A DNA stretch of 64,000 bases from Alphaproteobacteria bacterium (GTDB taxonomy: Bacteria > Pseudomonadota > Alphaproteobacteria > UBA7985): NCBI GenBank assembly GCA_964228455.1, contig CAXQZM010000071.1, positions 13,310 through 77,309 of the forward strand, written 5' to 3'. Below, piece by piece: positions 40,359 to 50,431 of this stretch (its first letter is position 1; each line of letters opens with the position of its first letter). The notes beneath the pieces were generated by a model. It made no database searches and was not told where the DNA came from. It saw only the letters and a program-made list of their open reading frames with translations. The position numbers were made by a program, and so were the translations under genes.

Positions 40359-41480
40359 ATGTTTTCCTTCAACCTTAAAAAAACAGATGGGCGGGCAAGG
40401 CTCGGTCAGATAACAACTGCCCACGGTATCATCGATACTCCAGTTTTCATGCCTGTTGGGACAGCGGGTACGATTAAGGCCATGACAGCTGACTCGGTGC
40501 GTACAACGGGCGCTCAAATAATACTGGGGAACACCTATCACCTCATGCTGCGGCCAGGCGCTGACCGGGTTCACCATTTAGGCGGTTTGCATGAGATGGT
40601 CGATTGGCCAGGTCCTATATTAACTGACTCTGGTGGCTTCCAAGTCATGTCGCTTAAGGGGCTTCGGTCAATGACCGAGCACGGCGTAACCTTTAAAAGT
40701 CACATTGACGGGTCACTGCATGAACTTACGCCCGAAAGTTCTATGGAGATCCAAAAAAAATTAGATGCAACCATCACAATGGCATTTGATGAGTGTACGC
40801 CATATCCCGCTAAAAAAGAACAGGCTGCAATCTCGATGGCGCTGTCTATGCGATGGGCGACTCGTTCAAAAGATGCCTTTATTGAGCGACCCGGTTATGG
40901 GTTATTTGGAATAGTGCAAGGATCCATCTATGAGGATTTGAGGCAGGAGTCTGTGGAGTCTCTTTTACCCCTCGATACAGAGGGGCTTGCGATTGGTGGA
41001 TTGGCTGTGGGCGAGGGTCAGGAGCTTATGTTTTCTACCTTAGATTTCACGACGCCTATGCTTCCAATTCAAAAACCACGTTATCTTATGGGAGTTGGAA
41101 AGCCTGATGACTTAGTCGGCGCTGTGGCCCGTGGGGTCGATATGTTTGATTGTGTGTTGCCAACAAGATCAGGGCGGACAGGGCAGGCATGGACTTGGCG
41201 AGGACAAGTAAACTTAAGAAATGCACGCCATAAGGACGATACTCGACCATTGGATGAGAGCTGTAGTTGTCCTGCATGTCGAAATCACTCCAGAGCATAC
41301 ATTCACCACTTGGTGAGATCTGATGAGATGCTGGGAGCCATGCTTTTGACATGGCATAATATTCAATTTTTCCAGGACTTAATGAAAGGTATGCGAGATG
41401 CCATCTCAACCGAGAGTTTTAATAAGTTCCAGGCGGGCTTTGAGGCAACATATCGTGGCGGAGATATCCAAGCTCTCTAG
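40359..41480 (+). CDS. tgt: Queuine tRNA-ribosyltransferase
   Basis: 373 aa. TIM-barrel TGT motifs and zinc site CxCxxC...H ([16 protein letters not shown]). Confidence 0.9.
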   Translation: MFSFNLKKTDGRARLGQITTAHGIIDTPVFMPVGTAGTIKAMTADSVRTTGAQIILGNTYHLMLRPGADRVHHLGGLHEMVDWPGPILTDSGGFQVMSLKGLRSMTEHGVTFKSHIDGSLHELTPESSMEIQKKLDATITMAFDECTPYPAKKEQAAISMALSMRWATRSKDAFIERPGYGLFGIVQGSIYEDLRQESVESLLPLDTEGLAIGGLAVGEGQELMFSTLDFTTPMLPIQKPRYLMGVGKPDDLVGAVARGVDMFDCVLPTRSGRTGQAWTWRGQVNLRNARHKDDTRPLDESCSCPACRNHSRAYIHHLVRSDEMLGAMLLTWHNIQFFQDLMKGMRDAISTESFNKFQAGFEATYRGGDIQAL

Positions 41481-41513
41481 ACATACATAGAAACTGACGC
41501 CAAGCGGTTAAGT

Positions 41514-41714
41514 ATGGTTGATTTAGATACGAACCAAGCGCGCATGATTGCAGCTTTGAGCGCATTGGAGAACAAAATTCAGGTATTGACTGCGAAGGTT
41601 AGTGATTTGGAAGGTGAGCTGACGCGGGTCCGTGAGGCTGGAGAAGGTGCGCTTAAGGATCTTGACCAGGCATTGGCTCAAATTGATGAATTAGGGAGCA
41701 ACTCGCATGGCTAG
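41514..41714 (+). CDS. DUF4164-like small coiled-coil protein (ZapA-associated)
   Basis: 66 aa. Heptad-repeat coiled coil. Immediately upstream of, and overlapping, zapA as in many alphaproteobacteria. Confidence 0.5.
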   Translation: MVDLDTNQARMIAALSALENKIQVLTAKVSDLEGELTRVREAGEGALKDLDQALAQIDELGSNSHG

Positions 41715-42048
41715 AGTTAGGCTAGAAGTAAACGGTCGTGGATACGACATGGTCGCTGAGGACGGGCAAGAAGCTCATGTTGCACAACTTGGAGATATGA
41801 TCGCTAAGCGCGTTAAAACCATTGTTCATCAGGTGGGCCAGGCTGGAGAGGGGCGTGTGATTTTAATGGCAGCACTGCAACTTGCTGATGAAGTTAGGGT
41901 GGTTAAAGAACGTGTTGCAGAGCTGGAGGATCTCACAAAAAAAACAGGCGCTAGCCAAGGTGCTATTGATGAGGCACGGGAATACGTAGCGGGAGTATAT
42001 GGCGAGTTAGCTGATAAACTAGAGAGGCTCGCCGGGTCGTTAGACTAA
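41707..42048 (+). CDS. zapA: Cell division protein ZapA
   Basis: 113 aa. N-terminal V.V..NGR.Y.M.CEDGQE.HL motif and C-terminal coiled coil. Confidence 0.75.
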   Translation: MARVRLEVNGRGYDMVAEDGQEAHVAQLGDMIAKRVKTIVHQVGQAGEGRVILMAALQLADEVRVVKERVAELEDLTKKTGASQGAIDEAREYVAGVYGELADKLERLAGSLD

Positions 42049-42120
42049 AATTCTGTTTTTTTCGGCATCTGCTTAGGCAAGAGCCACGAGGTGTAGAGAG
42101 AATTAGTAAGCTTTTTGAAG

Positions 42121-42160
42121 ATAAAAACAGAAAAGGCCCGATTCAACGAGCCTTTTATAA
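42121..42160. terminator. Bidirectional rho-independent terminator between zapA (+) and rplT (-)
   Basis: Imperfect hairpin GGCCCG-attcaa-CGAGCC flanked by an A-run upstream and a T-run downstream, giving a U-tract for either orientation. Confidence 0.5.
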
Positions 42161-42198
42161 GTAGTTTGATCTTCTAGGTCGTTCAGAGCAACGTTCGC

Positions 42199-42555
42199 TT
42201 AATTCAGAGCTGCTTGAGCCTTTGTTACGAAAGATTTAAAACCAGCATCATCGTGAACAGCGAGGTCTGCCAATACTTTACGATCTACATCTATGTTGGC
42301 TTTCGCTAAGCCGCCAATAAACGTTGAGTATGTAAGCCCGTGCAGACGGGCCGCTGCATTAATCCTCTGGATCCAAAGAGCTCGCATATCGCGTTTGCGG
42401 TTGCGACGGTCGCGATACGCGTACTGCAGATTTTTATCTACACGCTGGGTCGCAGCGCGCCACACATTTGAACTGCGGCCACGAGCACCTCGAGCGCGTT
42501 TAATGATTTTTTTGTGCCGAGCGTGTTGAGTTACGCCGCGTTTTACACGTGCCAT
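42199..42555 (-). CDS. rplT: 50S ribosomal protein L20
   Basis: 118 aa. Near-identical organisation to bacterial L20 ([15 protein letters not shown]...). Confidence 0.95.
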   Translation of the reverse strand: MARVKRGVTQHARHKKIIKRARGARGRSSNVWRAATQRVDKNLQYAYRDRRNRKRDMRALWIQRINAAARLHGLTYSTFIGGLAKANIDVDRKVLADLAVHDDAGFKSFVTKAQAALN

Positions 42556-42573
42556 ATTACAGTTCCTCTCAGC

Positions 42574-42774
42574 CTAGCGGTGGTAAGGCATGTAAACACG
42601 AACCAATTTAGCATCCTGATCAGCCATGATCGTGGTGCCTTTAGATTGGCGTTTCATCTTACGAGATTTGTTACTCATCATGTGACGACGGAAAGCCGCA
42701 TTCATGCGAATTTTACCAGAACCAGTAACGCGGAAACGCTTTTTAGCTCCAGACTTAGTCTTCATCTTCGGCAT
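42574..42774 (-). CDS. rpmI: 50S ribosomal protein L35
   Basis: MPKMKTKSGAKKRFRVTGSGKI matches the L35 N-terminus. Start placed at the third ATG of the ORF. Confidence 0.9.
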   Translation of the reverse strand: MPKMKTKSGAKKRFRVTGSGKIRMNAAFRRHMMSNKSRKMKRQSKGTTIMADQDAKLVRVYMPYHR

Positions 42775-42893
42775 TTTCATTTCCTTGGTTATCGGGTTTC
42801 CCCGGTTAATTTAGACGGCCAGGCAATGCCTACTCCAGGCCTGGGCGCGTCAGTGAAGCGCGAGCCTTAGGGCTGGATCATCGATTCTGCAAG

Positions 42894-43475
42894 TCATACT
42901 TTGCTTAAAGCAAGCTTTAAATTTTTCAATAAGGCGGCGCGACCATTCCCCGTTTGGAAGATACGATCAGCCTGCCTCAAACGGAATTCTTGGGGGACCT
43001 GCCTTTCCAGGATTGCTTCCAATTTATCAGAATCTATTCCTGGTCGTCCGAGGGCTCTCTGCCTTTGCAAAAATGGGGGGCAATTCACCACCCAAACTTC
43101 GTCGCATTCTTGATCACGACCAGTTTCAAATAATAGCGGTATGTCCAAAACAGCAAGGCTTGCATTGCGCAGCTTTTGCTTGTGAAGCCAGTTCTTCGAA
43201 TGCTGGTGGACAAGGGGATGGACTATACTCTCTAGTGTTTTCAGCGCCTCTGTTTTACCAATAACGAGTTCTCGCAGTTTGGTTCTATTAACAGCATCAT
43301 TCGCAACAGCTTCTGGAAAGATTGCTGATAGCGCGCGAGCTCCTCCGCCTCCCTGTTTATAAAGCTCATGAACTGCAGAATCTGAATCATGAACGGGTAC
43401 GCCAAGCATTCTAATCATGTTAGCCGCTGTAGATTTGCCCATTGCAATTCCTCCAGTGAGGCCAACAACTTTCAT
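42894..43475 (-). CDS. coaE: Dephospho-CoA kinase
   Basis: MKVVGLTGGIAMGKST P-loop N-terminus. Start placed at the internal ATG. Conserved maf-aroE-coaE order. Confidence 0.85.
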   Translation of the reverse strand: MKVVGLTGGIAMGKSTAANMIRMLGVPVHDSDSAVHELYKQGGGGARALSAIFPEAVANDAVNRTKLRELVIGKTEALKTLESIVHPLVHQHSKNWLHKQKLRNASLAVLDIPLLFETGRDQECDEVWVVNCPPFLQRQRALGRPGIDSDKLEAILERQVPQEFRLRQADRIFQTGNGRAALLKNLKLALSKV

Positions 43476-43541
43476 TAAAGCGCTCCAAATTGAAGAGCGC
43501 AAATGAAGCAAAATACTTTAGGGATAATTACGCCTTTGGTA

Positions 43542-44318
43542 TTAAGAGGCGAGAACATGTTCTTTCAGCTCGTTCGTTATAGCTGGCTTAACACCAAACC
43601 ATTTTTCAAAACTATTTGCGGCCTGATGCAGCAACATTCCAATGCCATCAATCGGCACTCCGCCCAAGTCTGCTGCAGATCTAAGGAACTCTGTTTTGAG
43701 AGGTGAGTATACCAAATCCGAGACTACGCATCCTGGGTCAAGGTTTGTAAAAGTGAGAGAGTTACTATTGTTCATACCACAAGCGCTAGAGTTTACGATA
43801 AGGTCAAAACCTCGCCCATCGATACATGTTCCTTTCCAGTCAATCACTTTAAAACCCAAGGCGTCTGCTTTTTCTTTAGTTCGATTCGTTATGGTAAGGT
43901 TTGTTCCTTGACGCACAAGTGCGTAAATTATTGCTTTAGCAGCTCCCCCAGCACCAATTATAAGAGCATTTTTGGGCGGATTTTTTAACCCAAGAGAGCT
44001 CCACCATCCTGCGGCATCTGTATTGGTTCCAAGCCATCCATTCTGACCTCGGAAAACTGTGTTTATGGCTCCAATAGATGTTGCCACTATATCTGCCTCT
44101 ACAAACTGCATAAGCGATACTTTGTGGGGGATCGTTGCATTAAACCCAGTAAGGCCTTCATCCCAAGCTGTTTGCGTCCATGCTTCTAGTTCTTGAGGTG
44201 CTACTGCTGTTTTTTCATATGTAGCATCGATACCGTGCTCTGCTAGCCAATAGGAGTGGATCACAGGCGACTTTGAGTGTTTGATGGGCCAACCAATAAC
44301 TGTTGCTTTTCTAGTCAT
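43542..44318 (-). CDS. aroE: Shikimate dehydrogenase
   Basis: AroE motifs (VIGWPIKHSKSP, GAGGAAKA Rossmann). Start chosen at the ATG abutting the maf stop. Confidence 0.85.
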   Translation of the reverse strand: MTRKATVIGWPIKHSKSPVIHSYWLAEHGIDATYEKTAVAPQELEAWTQTAWDEGLTGFNATIPHKVSLMQFVEADIVATSIGAINTVFRGQNGWLGTNTDAAGWWSSLGLKNPPKNALIIGAGGAAKAIIYALVRQGTNLTITNRTKEKADALGFKVIDWKGTCIDGRGFDLIVNSSACGMNNSNSLTFTNLDPGCVVSDLVYSPLKTEFLRSAADLGGVPIDGIGMLLHQAANSFEKWFGVKPAITNELKEHVLAS

Positions 44319-44914
44319 CTTATACCCCTGCCCTGATCGCGAAGAGCCTGCAAGAGCTGTAAAAGCTGTAGCCATTGAATAACGAAGGCATCACCCTCGA
44401 TTTTTGAGAATAGGTTGGCGCCTAAACCTTCTATTTCGTAACCACCAACACATGATAGCACGCTAGGCCCTGCGGTCGCTGCGTAAGATTCAATTTCGCT
44501 TTCACTCAGAGGCCGCATTAACAGTCTTGCTTCTTGTCGTGTATGCCAGACCCGTTGACCCCCTCGTATTAGCACGGCAGCAGTCCAAAGTGAGTGCCAT
44601 CGACCCTGGAGTGTAGATATTTGTGCTTGAAGATTTTCACGATCCCGGGGCTTGTCAAACCAGCTGTCTCCACACACTAGCAACTGATCTGAGCCTAAAA
44701 CAAGGGCATCGGGAGCTCTCAAAGAGAGTTGCAGGGCTTTTGCTTCGGCGATTGTTTCAGCGGCATTAGCAGGCTCTGCCCCGTCCGACTTTAGTGTTAA
44801 TTTAATAGCGGCTTCATCAACAGAAGGTTTAATAGCTTCGAATGAAACCCCAGCCGAATTTAGAAGTCGTATCCGGGACTGGGATCCTGAGGCAAGGACA
44901 AGGGGATCAGACAT
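44315..44914 (-). CDS. maf: Maf-like nucleoside-triphosphate pyrophosphatase (septum formation protein)
   Basis: 199 aa. N-terminal LASGSQSR motif characteristic of Maf/YhdE. Confidence 0.85.
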   Translation of the reverse strand: MSDPLVLASGSQSRIRLLNSAGVSFEAIKPSVDEAAIKLTLKSDGAEPANAAETIAEAKALQLSLRAPDALVLGSDQLLVCGDSWFDKPRDRENLQAQISTLQGRWHSLWTAAVLIRGGQRVWHTRQEARLLMRPLSESEIESYAATAGPSVLSCVGGYEIEGLGANLFSKIEGDAFVIQWLQLLQLLQALRDQGRGIR

Positions 44915-46733
44915 CCTGTGTTCTCCAAAGTTTAGAGTAGAGCCCTTCTATCGTTCTAAGAGATTTGTGCGAGCCGTGTTCGACTAATTTACCGTCATTG
45001 AGAACAAAGATATTATCAACGTGTTGGATTGTGGTGAGCCGATGGGCGATGAAGATCACTGTTTTGCCATTTAATCGCTCTCGTATATTAGCCATTACTT
45101 TTGCTTCAGTGGTAAGGTCTAGCGCGGACGTCGCTTCATCAAAAATAAATACTTCAGCATCTCTCAGTAAGGACCGAGTAATTGCCAACCGTTGACGCTC
45201 TCCGCCAGATAGTTTTTGGCCGCCTTCTCCAACCCGAGTCTCATACCCATCAGGTAAAGTCATCACAAAATCGTGGAAGCAGGATTCCTGTGCGGCGCGA
45301 ACTAGGTCCTCTTGCGTTGCTTCCGGATTGCCAAACTTAAGGTTAAAGGAAATGGATTCAGCAAAGATCCCTGTCGATTGTGGTGTAAGTGCAATTGTTG
45401 AACGAATCTGACGCAGGGGAAGATCAGCGAGGTTCTCTCCATGCAAAAAAACCTCGCCATTTTCTGGCACCTCCAGTCGAAGTGCTAGCTTTGTAATGGT
45501 TGATTTGCCTGATCCAGTGGCGCCAACTATTGCGCTTTGTTGTCCAGAAGGGATGGTTAACGATAGTCCTTTAATAAGCGAGGGCCGATCCGGGAAGGTA
45601 AAGTCGATGTCTCTAAAATCTAAAGCTGGTGCACTTAGATCGAGCTTTGCGGGCCCTGGCTCATTAGTCTCCTCTGGAGCTTCATTTAAAAAACCAAAGA
45701 AACGGCTAGCATCTTGCTCAGCTCGACTGGCGTTTCGATAGGCCGCGGATAATTGGCGGATGGGCAAAAACAGCTGATTTACGATGCCAACAAAGGCAAC
45801 AAAGTCGCCCGCGGTTAAAGGCCCGTTTACAACTTGAACTGCCATATACGAGCCAAGTAGCAAAACCGATATTGCTTGTATGCCAGTGTTTGCCGCTCTC
45901 ATTGCCTCAGCGGCTCTACCAAGGCGCAGCACTCGCACTCGCTCGATTTCCCAAAGAGGGATGAGGCGTTCAAGTTCGTAGTCAACACGGTTAAACACCT
46001 TTACGGCTTCGATATTCATGAGGCTATCGACGGCTTGCTCTGAAATTTTATCGTCGGTTTCAAGGGCTTTGGCGACTAGCCGGCGATACCAACGTGAAAG
46101 CGAAAATGTTACCCACGCTGCTATGAGGCAGATTCCAGCAACTAGCGGCAGGAAGGCCCATCCATATAGCCGCACAATAAGAATTTGAGCAATAAATAGC
46201 TGCAATAGGATTGGAAGGACGCCAAAGAGGAATATTGAAGAGAGACGTCCAATAGCCTCAGTTCCCCGATCAAAAGCGTTTGCTAAACCGCCGGTGCGCT
46301 GATCAATATGAAAAGAGATTGGCAGACGAATGAGATTAGAAAAAACGTTCCGAGACAAGTTCACCTGGCTCAGCCCTTGAGGTAAAGCGAAAAGAAGAAC
46401 GCCTGCTACCTCAACCAGCGTGGAGAAAAATTGTGCAGATGCATAAACAGCTAAAAGTCCAAGAGCTATAAAAAGCACGGGGTTGTCGGAACTGTAATAG
46501 TCTACCAGCCAGCCAAGTGAGATCGCGATAAAAAAACCAAATAATCTGCCGCTTGTTAACAATGCAAAAGCACCGACTAATGCTGCGCGGTAAGGAAAGG
46601 GCTGGTCTTGCCAAATAGCTGTTAGAATAAGGGTGAAGATTTGGCGTATTCGGGCAAATGATGCGTTGCCTCCACGACCAGTGCGTTGGTCGTCGCGACC
46701 TTGTTTTAAAGCGTATCGGGCGCGTCGAGACAT
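44907..46733 (-). CDS. ABC transporter, fused permease/ATP-binding exporter (type I exporter, ATM1/MsbA-like)
   Basis: 608 aa. Six-helix TMD then NBD with Walker A GATGSGKST, signature LSGGERQR, Walker B IFIFDEATSALD. Confidence 0.8.
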   Translation of the reverse strand: MSRRARYALKQGRDDQRTGRGGNASFARIRQIFTLILTAIWQDQPFPYRAALVGAFALLTSGRLFGFFIAISLGWLVDYYSSDNPVLFIALGLLAVYASAQFFSTLVEVAGVLLFALPQGLSQVNLSRNVFSNLIRLPISFHIDQRTGGLANAFDRGTEAIGRLSSIFLFGVLPILLQLFIAQILIVRLYGWAFLPLVAGICLIAAWVTFSLSRWYRRLVAKALETDDKISEQAVDSLMNIEAVKVFNRVDYELERLIPLWEIERVRVLRLGRAAEAMRAANTGIQAISVLLLGSYMAVQVVNGPLTAGDFVAFVGIVNQLFLPIRQLSAAYRNASRAEQDASRFFGFLNEAPEETNEPGPAKLDLSAPALDFRDIDFTFPDRPSLIKGLSLTIPSGQQSAIVGATGSGKSTITKLALRLEVPENGEVFLHGENLADLPLRQIRSTIALTPQSTGIFAESISFNLKFGNPEATQEDLVRAAQESCFHDFVMTLPDGYETRVGEGGQKLSGGERQRLAITRSLLRDAEVFIFDEATSALDLTTEAKVMANIRERLNGKTVIFIAHRLTTIQHVDNIFVLNDGKLVEHGSHKSLRTIEGLYSKLWRTQDV

Positions 46734-46854
46734 GTGAGGATAAGTGGAGGTTTCTATGCGATCGACAAGATGTTCTTTGTAAGTCTTATTCGAAATATCT
46801 CATTTAAGCTGCTGGGGAAGCAACTTTAGGATGATAATTTCCGCATCACATATA

Positions 46855-48000
46855 TCAAGATGGGGCCTTAATCATAAGCCAGTGCGGACGAAACCAAGAT
46901 TTGCGGGGTCCAGAAATAAGCCAGTCCAACGGAGTATACTTGATAAGCGAGTAATAAATGATCACTGAAATGCAAAATGTTGCGAAGACAATTGGCCAGA
47001 AAGCTTGTTCAGCAGGAATATCGAGAGCAAGAAAAATAATGCCCAAAACAATCGCTGGATACATATGGAAAATGTATACGGGATAAGACAGAGTTACTAG
47101 CCAGTTAAGGACAGTGCTAGGACCTCTCATTATTCGTGAACAGAGACCTATGAAAAATAAGCTCCAAGCCGCAGCGCTAGAAGCGCTGAGCAGCGCCGAC
47201 GGTATTAGTCCTCCGGCCGCACTATATCCAAAGAACTGGACGCCAATCATCAAGGGGGTGCAGCTTAAACCAACAATTAGGCTGCCGATGACCAATCTCC
47301 AGCTACGAATGTGCAGGATGATTTCACGATGCCAGAACATTGCCATGCCAATGCTAAACCAAAAAAAGTAGTAGGCCAGTGAGGTTGGGTGGAGCTCGTT
47401 AATTTTCTCAGGTATAATTGCCCAACCGTTTGAGCGAACAAAAGGCGTAATTAGTACAAGAGGTGCGAGATATAGAGTCATTGTGCTGAGTCTTTTTGCT
47501 GGCCAGCTCAGCGCTAGTGCCAAGTCCTTCAGAAAGGATAACCTTTGCGACATCCAGGCTATTGAGGCCGTCGCCGCGGCTATAAGAAAAAGGTAATATA
47601 AAAACCATAAGTGATAGAGCTCAAATCCAGGGCTAGGCATGAGTAAATTGTAAAGAGATCCAAAGGCAAGTAAGGCCAGGCCTAATCGAATGAGCCGATC
47701 GTATAGATAGGCTTTGGGCCCACGCTTGGCGATTACCATGCAACCAAAAAATCCAGCCAAAATAAAAAAAACAGGCATCCGCCATTGGTGGATCCATGCG
47801 GTTGTGACAAAGATCCAGTTTGCCACCTCTTCATGGGCGACAGGCGCTAGTCCAGCTCCTTTGGCTGCCGCGGGGTCTGTATACAAAAGGGGGGCATGGA
47901 TTAATAAACCCAGTAGCATCGCTAATGCGCGCAATAGATCCAAACCATGATATCTGTCTGGGCTTTTATCCACTCTAGTTATCTGCATCAGTGCGTGCAC
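46855..48000 (-). CDS. Acyltransferase-3 (OpgC/OafA-like) family membrane protein
   Basis: 381 aa polytopic membrane protein. N-terminal R..GLDLLRALAMLLGLLIH acyltransferase_3 signature. Confidence 0.65.
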   Translation of the reverse strand: MHALMQITRVDKSPDRYHGLDLLRALAMLLGLLIHAPLLYTDPAAAKGAGLAPVAHEEVANWIFVTTAWIHQWRMPVFFILAGFFGCMVIAKRGPKAYLYDRLIRLGLALLAFGSLYNLLMPSPGFELYHLWFLYYLFLIAAATASIAWMSQRLSFLKDLALALSWPAKRLSTMTLYLAPLVLITPFVRSNGWAIIPEKINELHPTSLAYYFFWFSIGMAMFWHREIILHIRSWRLVIGSLIVGLSCTPLMIGVQFFGYSAAGGLIPSALLSASSAAAWSLFFIGLCSRIMRGPSTVLNWLVTLSYPVYIFHMYPAIVLGIIFLALDIPAEQAFWPIVFATFCISVIIYYSLIKYTPLDWLISGPRKSWFRPHWLMIKAPS

Positions 48001-48032
48001 AAGGGCAAGCCAGTTTTCAAGAAACAGCTAAT

Positions 48033-48110
48033 TTGCATGCGTTTGCAAAAAGCACTTGATCGAGATAGAAAATCTTGTAGGATACCTTCTTGGTTGCAAG
48101 CGTATGCAAA
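48033..48110 (+). promoter_or_regulatory. Two copies of a LacI-type operator-like inverted repeat (TTGCA-N6-TGCAA, CG-centred) upstream of the ABC transporter operon
   Basis: 48033..48050 TTTGCATGCGTTTGCAAA and 48094..48110 TTGCAAGCGTATGCAAA. Each is an imperfect palindrome of the TTGCA half-site. They lie ~60 bp apart and 30-100 bp upstream of ATG 48138. Confidence 0.4.
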
Positions 48111-48137
48111 TTGTGTGCGTTATGTTTGGGGGTATGC

Positions 48138-49199
48138 ATGGCGGAAATTGAGCTCCGTAATTTGTCCAAGCGTTGGGGGTCCTTTGTCGGCGTCCACGAA
48201 TTTGACCTGACCATTGCTGACAAAGAATTCCTTGTTCTTCTTGGTCCGTCAGGTTGTGGCAAAACCACTACTATGAGAATGATTGCTGGTTTGGAGCCAA
48301 TCAGTGAAGGCGACATTGTTGTAGATGGGAGGCGCATCAACGACTTGGCCCCAAAAGATCGGGACGTTGCAATGGTGTTCCAGTCTTACGGTCTCTACCC
48401 TAATATGAGTGTCAGGGAAAACATTAGGTTCCCGTTGAAAGTCCGAAAGGTGCCTAAGAACGAGCATGAGGCGCGCGTCAACAAAGCCGCTGCTATGGTC
48501 GAATTGGAGCCGTTCATGGACCGTAAGCCAGCAGCACTTTCGGGAGGGCAACGCCAGCGCGTGGCACTCGCTCGCGCCATTGTGCGGGAGCCTAATGTGT
48601 TTCTAATGGATGAGCCTTTATCAAACCTTGATGCAAAGCTAAGGGTATCCACTCGCGCGCAGATTAAAAATCTCCAACACGAACTAAAAGTTACTACTAT
48701 TTACGTAACTCATGACCAGGTCGAAGCTATGACGTTAGCCGATCGTGTTGTAGTTATGAATAAAGGAAGAATTCAACAAGTAGGCACCCCGACTGAGATT
48801 TATGATAATCCCGCCAACACTTTCGTCGCCAGCTTCATTGGATCGCCGGCAATGAACCTAGTTCCGGGAAAGATGTCAAAAGGCGTTTTTGAGGCAGAAG
48901 GCCTAAAAGTTAAAGGGTTAAAGGGCAGTGATGGCAGCACGGTACTTGGATTTCGTGCGGAGGACGTAGCCCTCACGAGGAAAGCGGCTCAGTTAAAAGC
49001 TGCAGTTTACTCATTTGAATTATTGGGCGACGCGACCATGATCACAGTCAAGATTGGAAGCGGTTCGGACGCCGCAATGGTTAGCGTCAAGGCCCCTAAA
49101 GAATATCGAACGACCATTGGCGAGCAAGTCAATGTGTCGATCGATCCAAAGCTGTGTCATCTGTTCGATGCATCAACAGGGACCAGACAGGACAGTTGA
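48138..49199 (+). CDS. ABC transporter ATP-binding protein (CUT1 family, MalK/UgpC-like)
   Basis: Start at ATG 48138 (MAEIELRNLSKRWG). Walker A GPSGCGKTT, LSGGQRQRVALARA, Walker B FLMDEPLSNLD, C-terminal TOBE/regulatory domain. Confidence 0.85.
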   Translation: MAEIELRNLSKRWGSFVGVHEFDLTIADKEFLVLLGPSGCGKTTTMRMIAGLEPISEGDIVVDGRRINDLAPKDRDVAMVFQSYGLYPNMSVRENIRFPLKVRKVPKNEHEARVNKAAAMVELEPFMDRKPAALSGGQRQRVALARAIVREPNVFLMDEPLSNLDAKLRVSTRAQIKNLQHELKVTTIYVTHDQVEAMTLADRVVVMNKGRIQQVGTPTEIYDNPANTFVASFIGSPAMNLVPGKMSKGVFEAEGLKVKGLKGSDGSTVLGFRAEDVALTRKAAQLKAAVYSFELLGDATMITVKIGSGSDAAMVSVKAPKEYRTTIGEQVNVSIDPKLCHLFDASTGTRQDS

Positions 49200-49234
49200 T
49201 ACTGTTCTGTAGCACAAACCTTAAGGAGGATCAT

Positions 49235-50425
49235 ATGATCAAAAAACTAACTTTGGCAGCAAGCGTTTCAGCGCTAGCGACTTCCGCGGCTTTTGCCGGT
49301 GGCCATTGTAATGGCTCGGGCATCTCGTCTCTGTCTGCGGCGTTTCCTGCTGTAGAAGCTCTACAGGATCAAATGGAAGCTTGTGGCGCAACCACGGAGC
49401 GTGACCAAGAGCACAAAGATAAAATTAACCCGGCATTAGAGGCATCTCCAGCAGCATATAACGCTGTTCTAGGAGCAAACTCTACATTTACGGCCGCTAA
49501 TTCAGCTGGGCTCGTTGCCGCAATTACAGACGTCCCCGGCGTTTCTGATTTGCCAGTTTCTATGAAAGTGGAGCAGGATGGTGAAGTTGTGGCAATTGCT
49601 ACTATGGCGAATGCTCAGCACTTAATGGTGCGCCAAGACGTGCTTGATGCAACCGGCATGGCTATGCCAACAACATATGAAGAAGTCGTTGCCTTGGCCT
49701 CGAAAGCGCAAGAGATGGGCTTGATGGAGTATCCATTGACCGGCACGTATGCGGCTGGCTGGAACTTAGGTGAAGAGTTCATGAACATGTGGCAAGGTAC
49801 AGGCGAGCCAATGTTCGTTAATGGCACTGAATCTAACATTAACAATGCTGCAGGTATTGCTACTTTGGAGATGATGAAGGCCTTGACGGATCTCATGAAC
49901 CCCGAATTCTTAACTTTCAACTCAGACATCGTTCAGGCCCAGTTTGAACAGGGCGAGGCTGGCATAGCTAACCTATGGGGGACTCGTGCACAGAAGGTGA
50001 TTGATGGTGTTGGCGCTCTTGGTGCTGATGTTGTTATGGGCGGCGCGCCTACTTTCGGCGGAGGTTCAACTCCAGCGACTACTATTTGGTGGGATGGTTT
50101 CTTCTTCGCTGCAAATCAGTCTGATGAAGAGCTGGCAGCCGCTGTTGATACGGCAATTCATGCGGCAGCCTCTGTATTGAGTGTTGATGGAAATGCCGAA
50201 CTGGCAGTTTGGGTTATCGACGGATATGAGCCTACTCCAGCTGCGGCAGGCGTCTTCGCATCAGCCGCTGCGGGCGCAAATCCTTATCCAATGCTACCGC
50301 ATGTTGGTGCTATGCATACCGCTGCGGGCGCTGAGTTAGCGGATTTCTTATCTGGAAACGAGTCTGCAGCGCAGGCCTTAGCGGATATTGAAGCTGCCTA
50401 TAACGCAGCAATGGCAGAAAATTAA
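49235..50425 (+). CDS. ABC transporter substrate-binding protein (extracellular solute-binding family 1)
   Basis: AAGGAGGA RBS, then ATG 49235. Signal peptide (MIKKLTLAASVSALATSAAFA). SBP_bac_1-type length. Confidence 0.75.
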   Translation: MIKKLTLAASVSALATSAAFAGGHCNGSGISSLSAAFPAVEALQDQMEACGATTERDQEHKDKINPALEASPAAYNAVLGANSTFTAANSAGLVAAITDVPGVSDLPVSMKVEQDGEVVAIATMANAQHLMVRQDVLDATGMAMPTTYEEVVALASKAQEMGLMEYPLTGTYAAGWNLGEEFMNMWQGTGEPMFVNGTESNINNAAGIATLEMMKALTDLMNPEFLTFNSDIVQAQFEQGEAGIANLWGTRAQKVIDGVGALGADVVMGGAPTFGGGSTPATTIWWDGFFFAANQSDEELAAAVDTAIHAAASVLSVDGNAELAVWVIDGYEPTPAAAGVFASAAAGANPYPMLPHVGAMHTAAGAELADFLSGNESAAQALADIEAAYNAAMAEN

Positions 50426-50431
50426 TAATGC

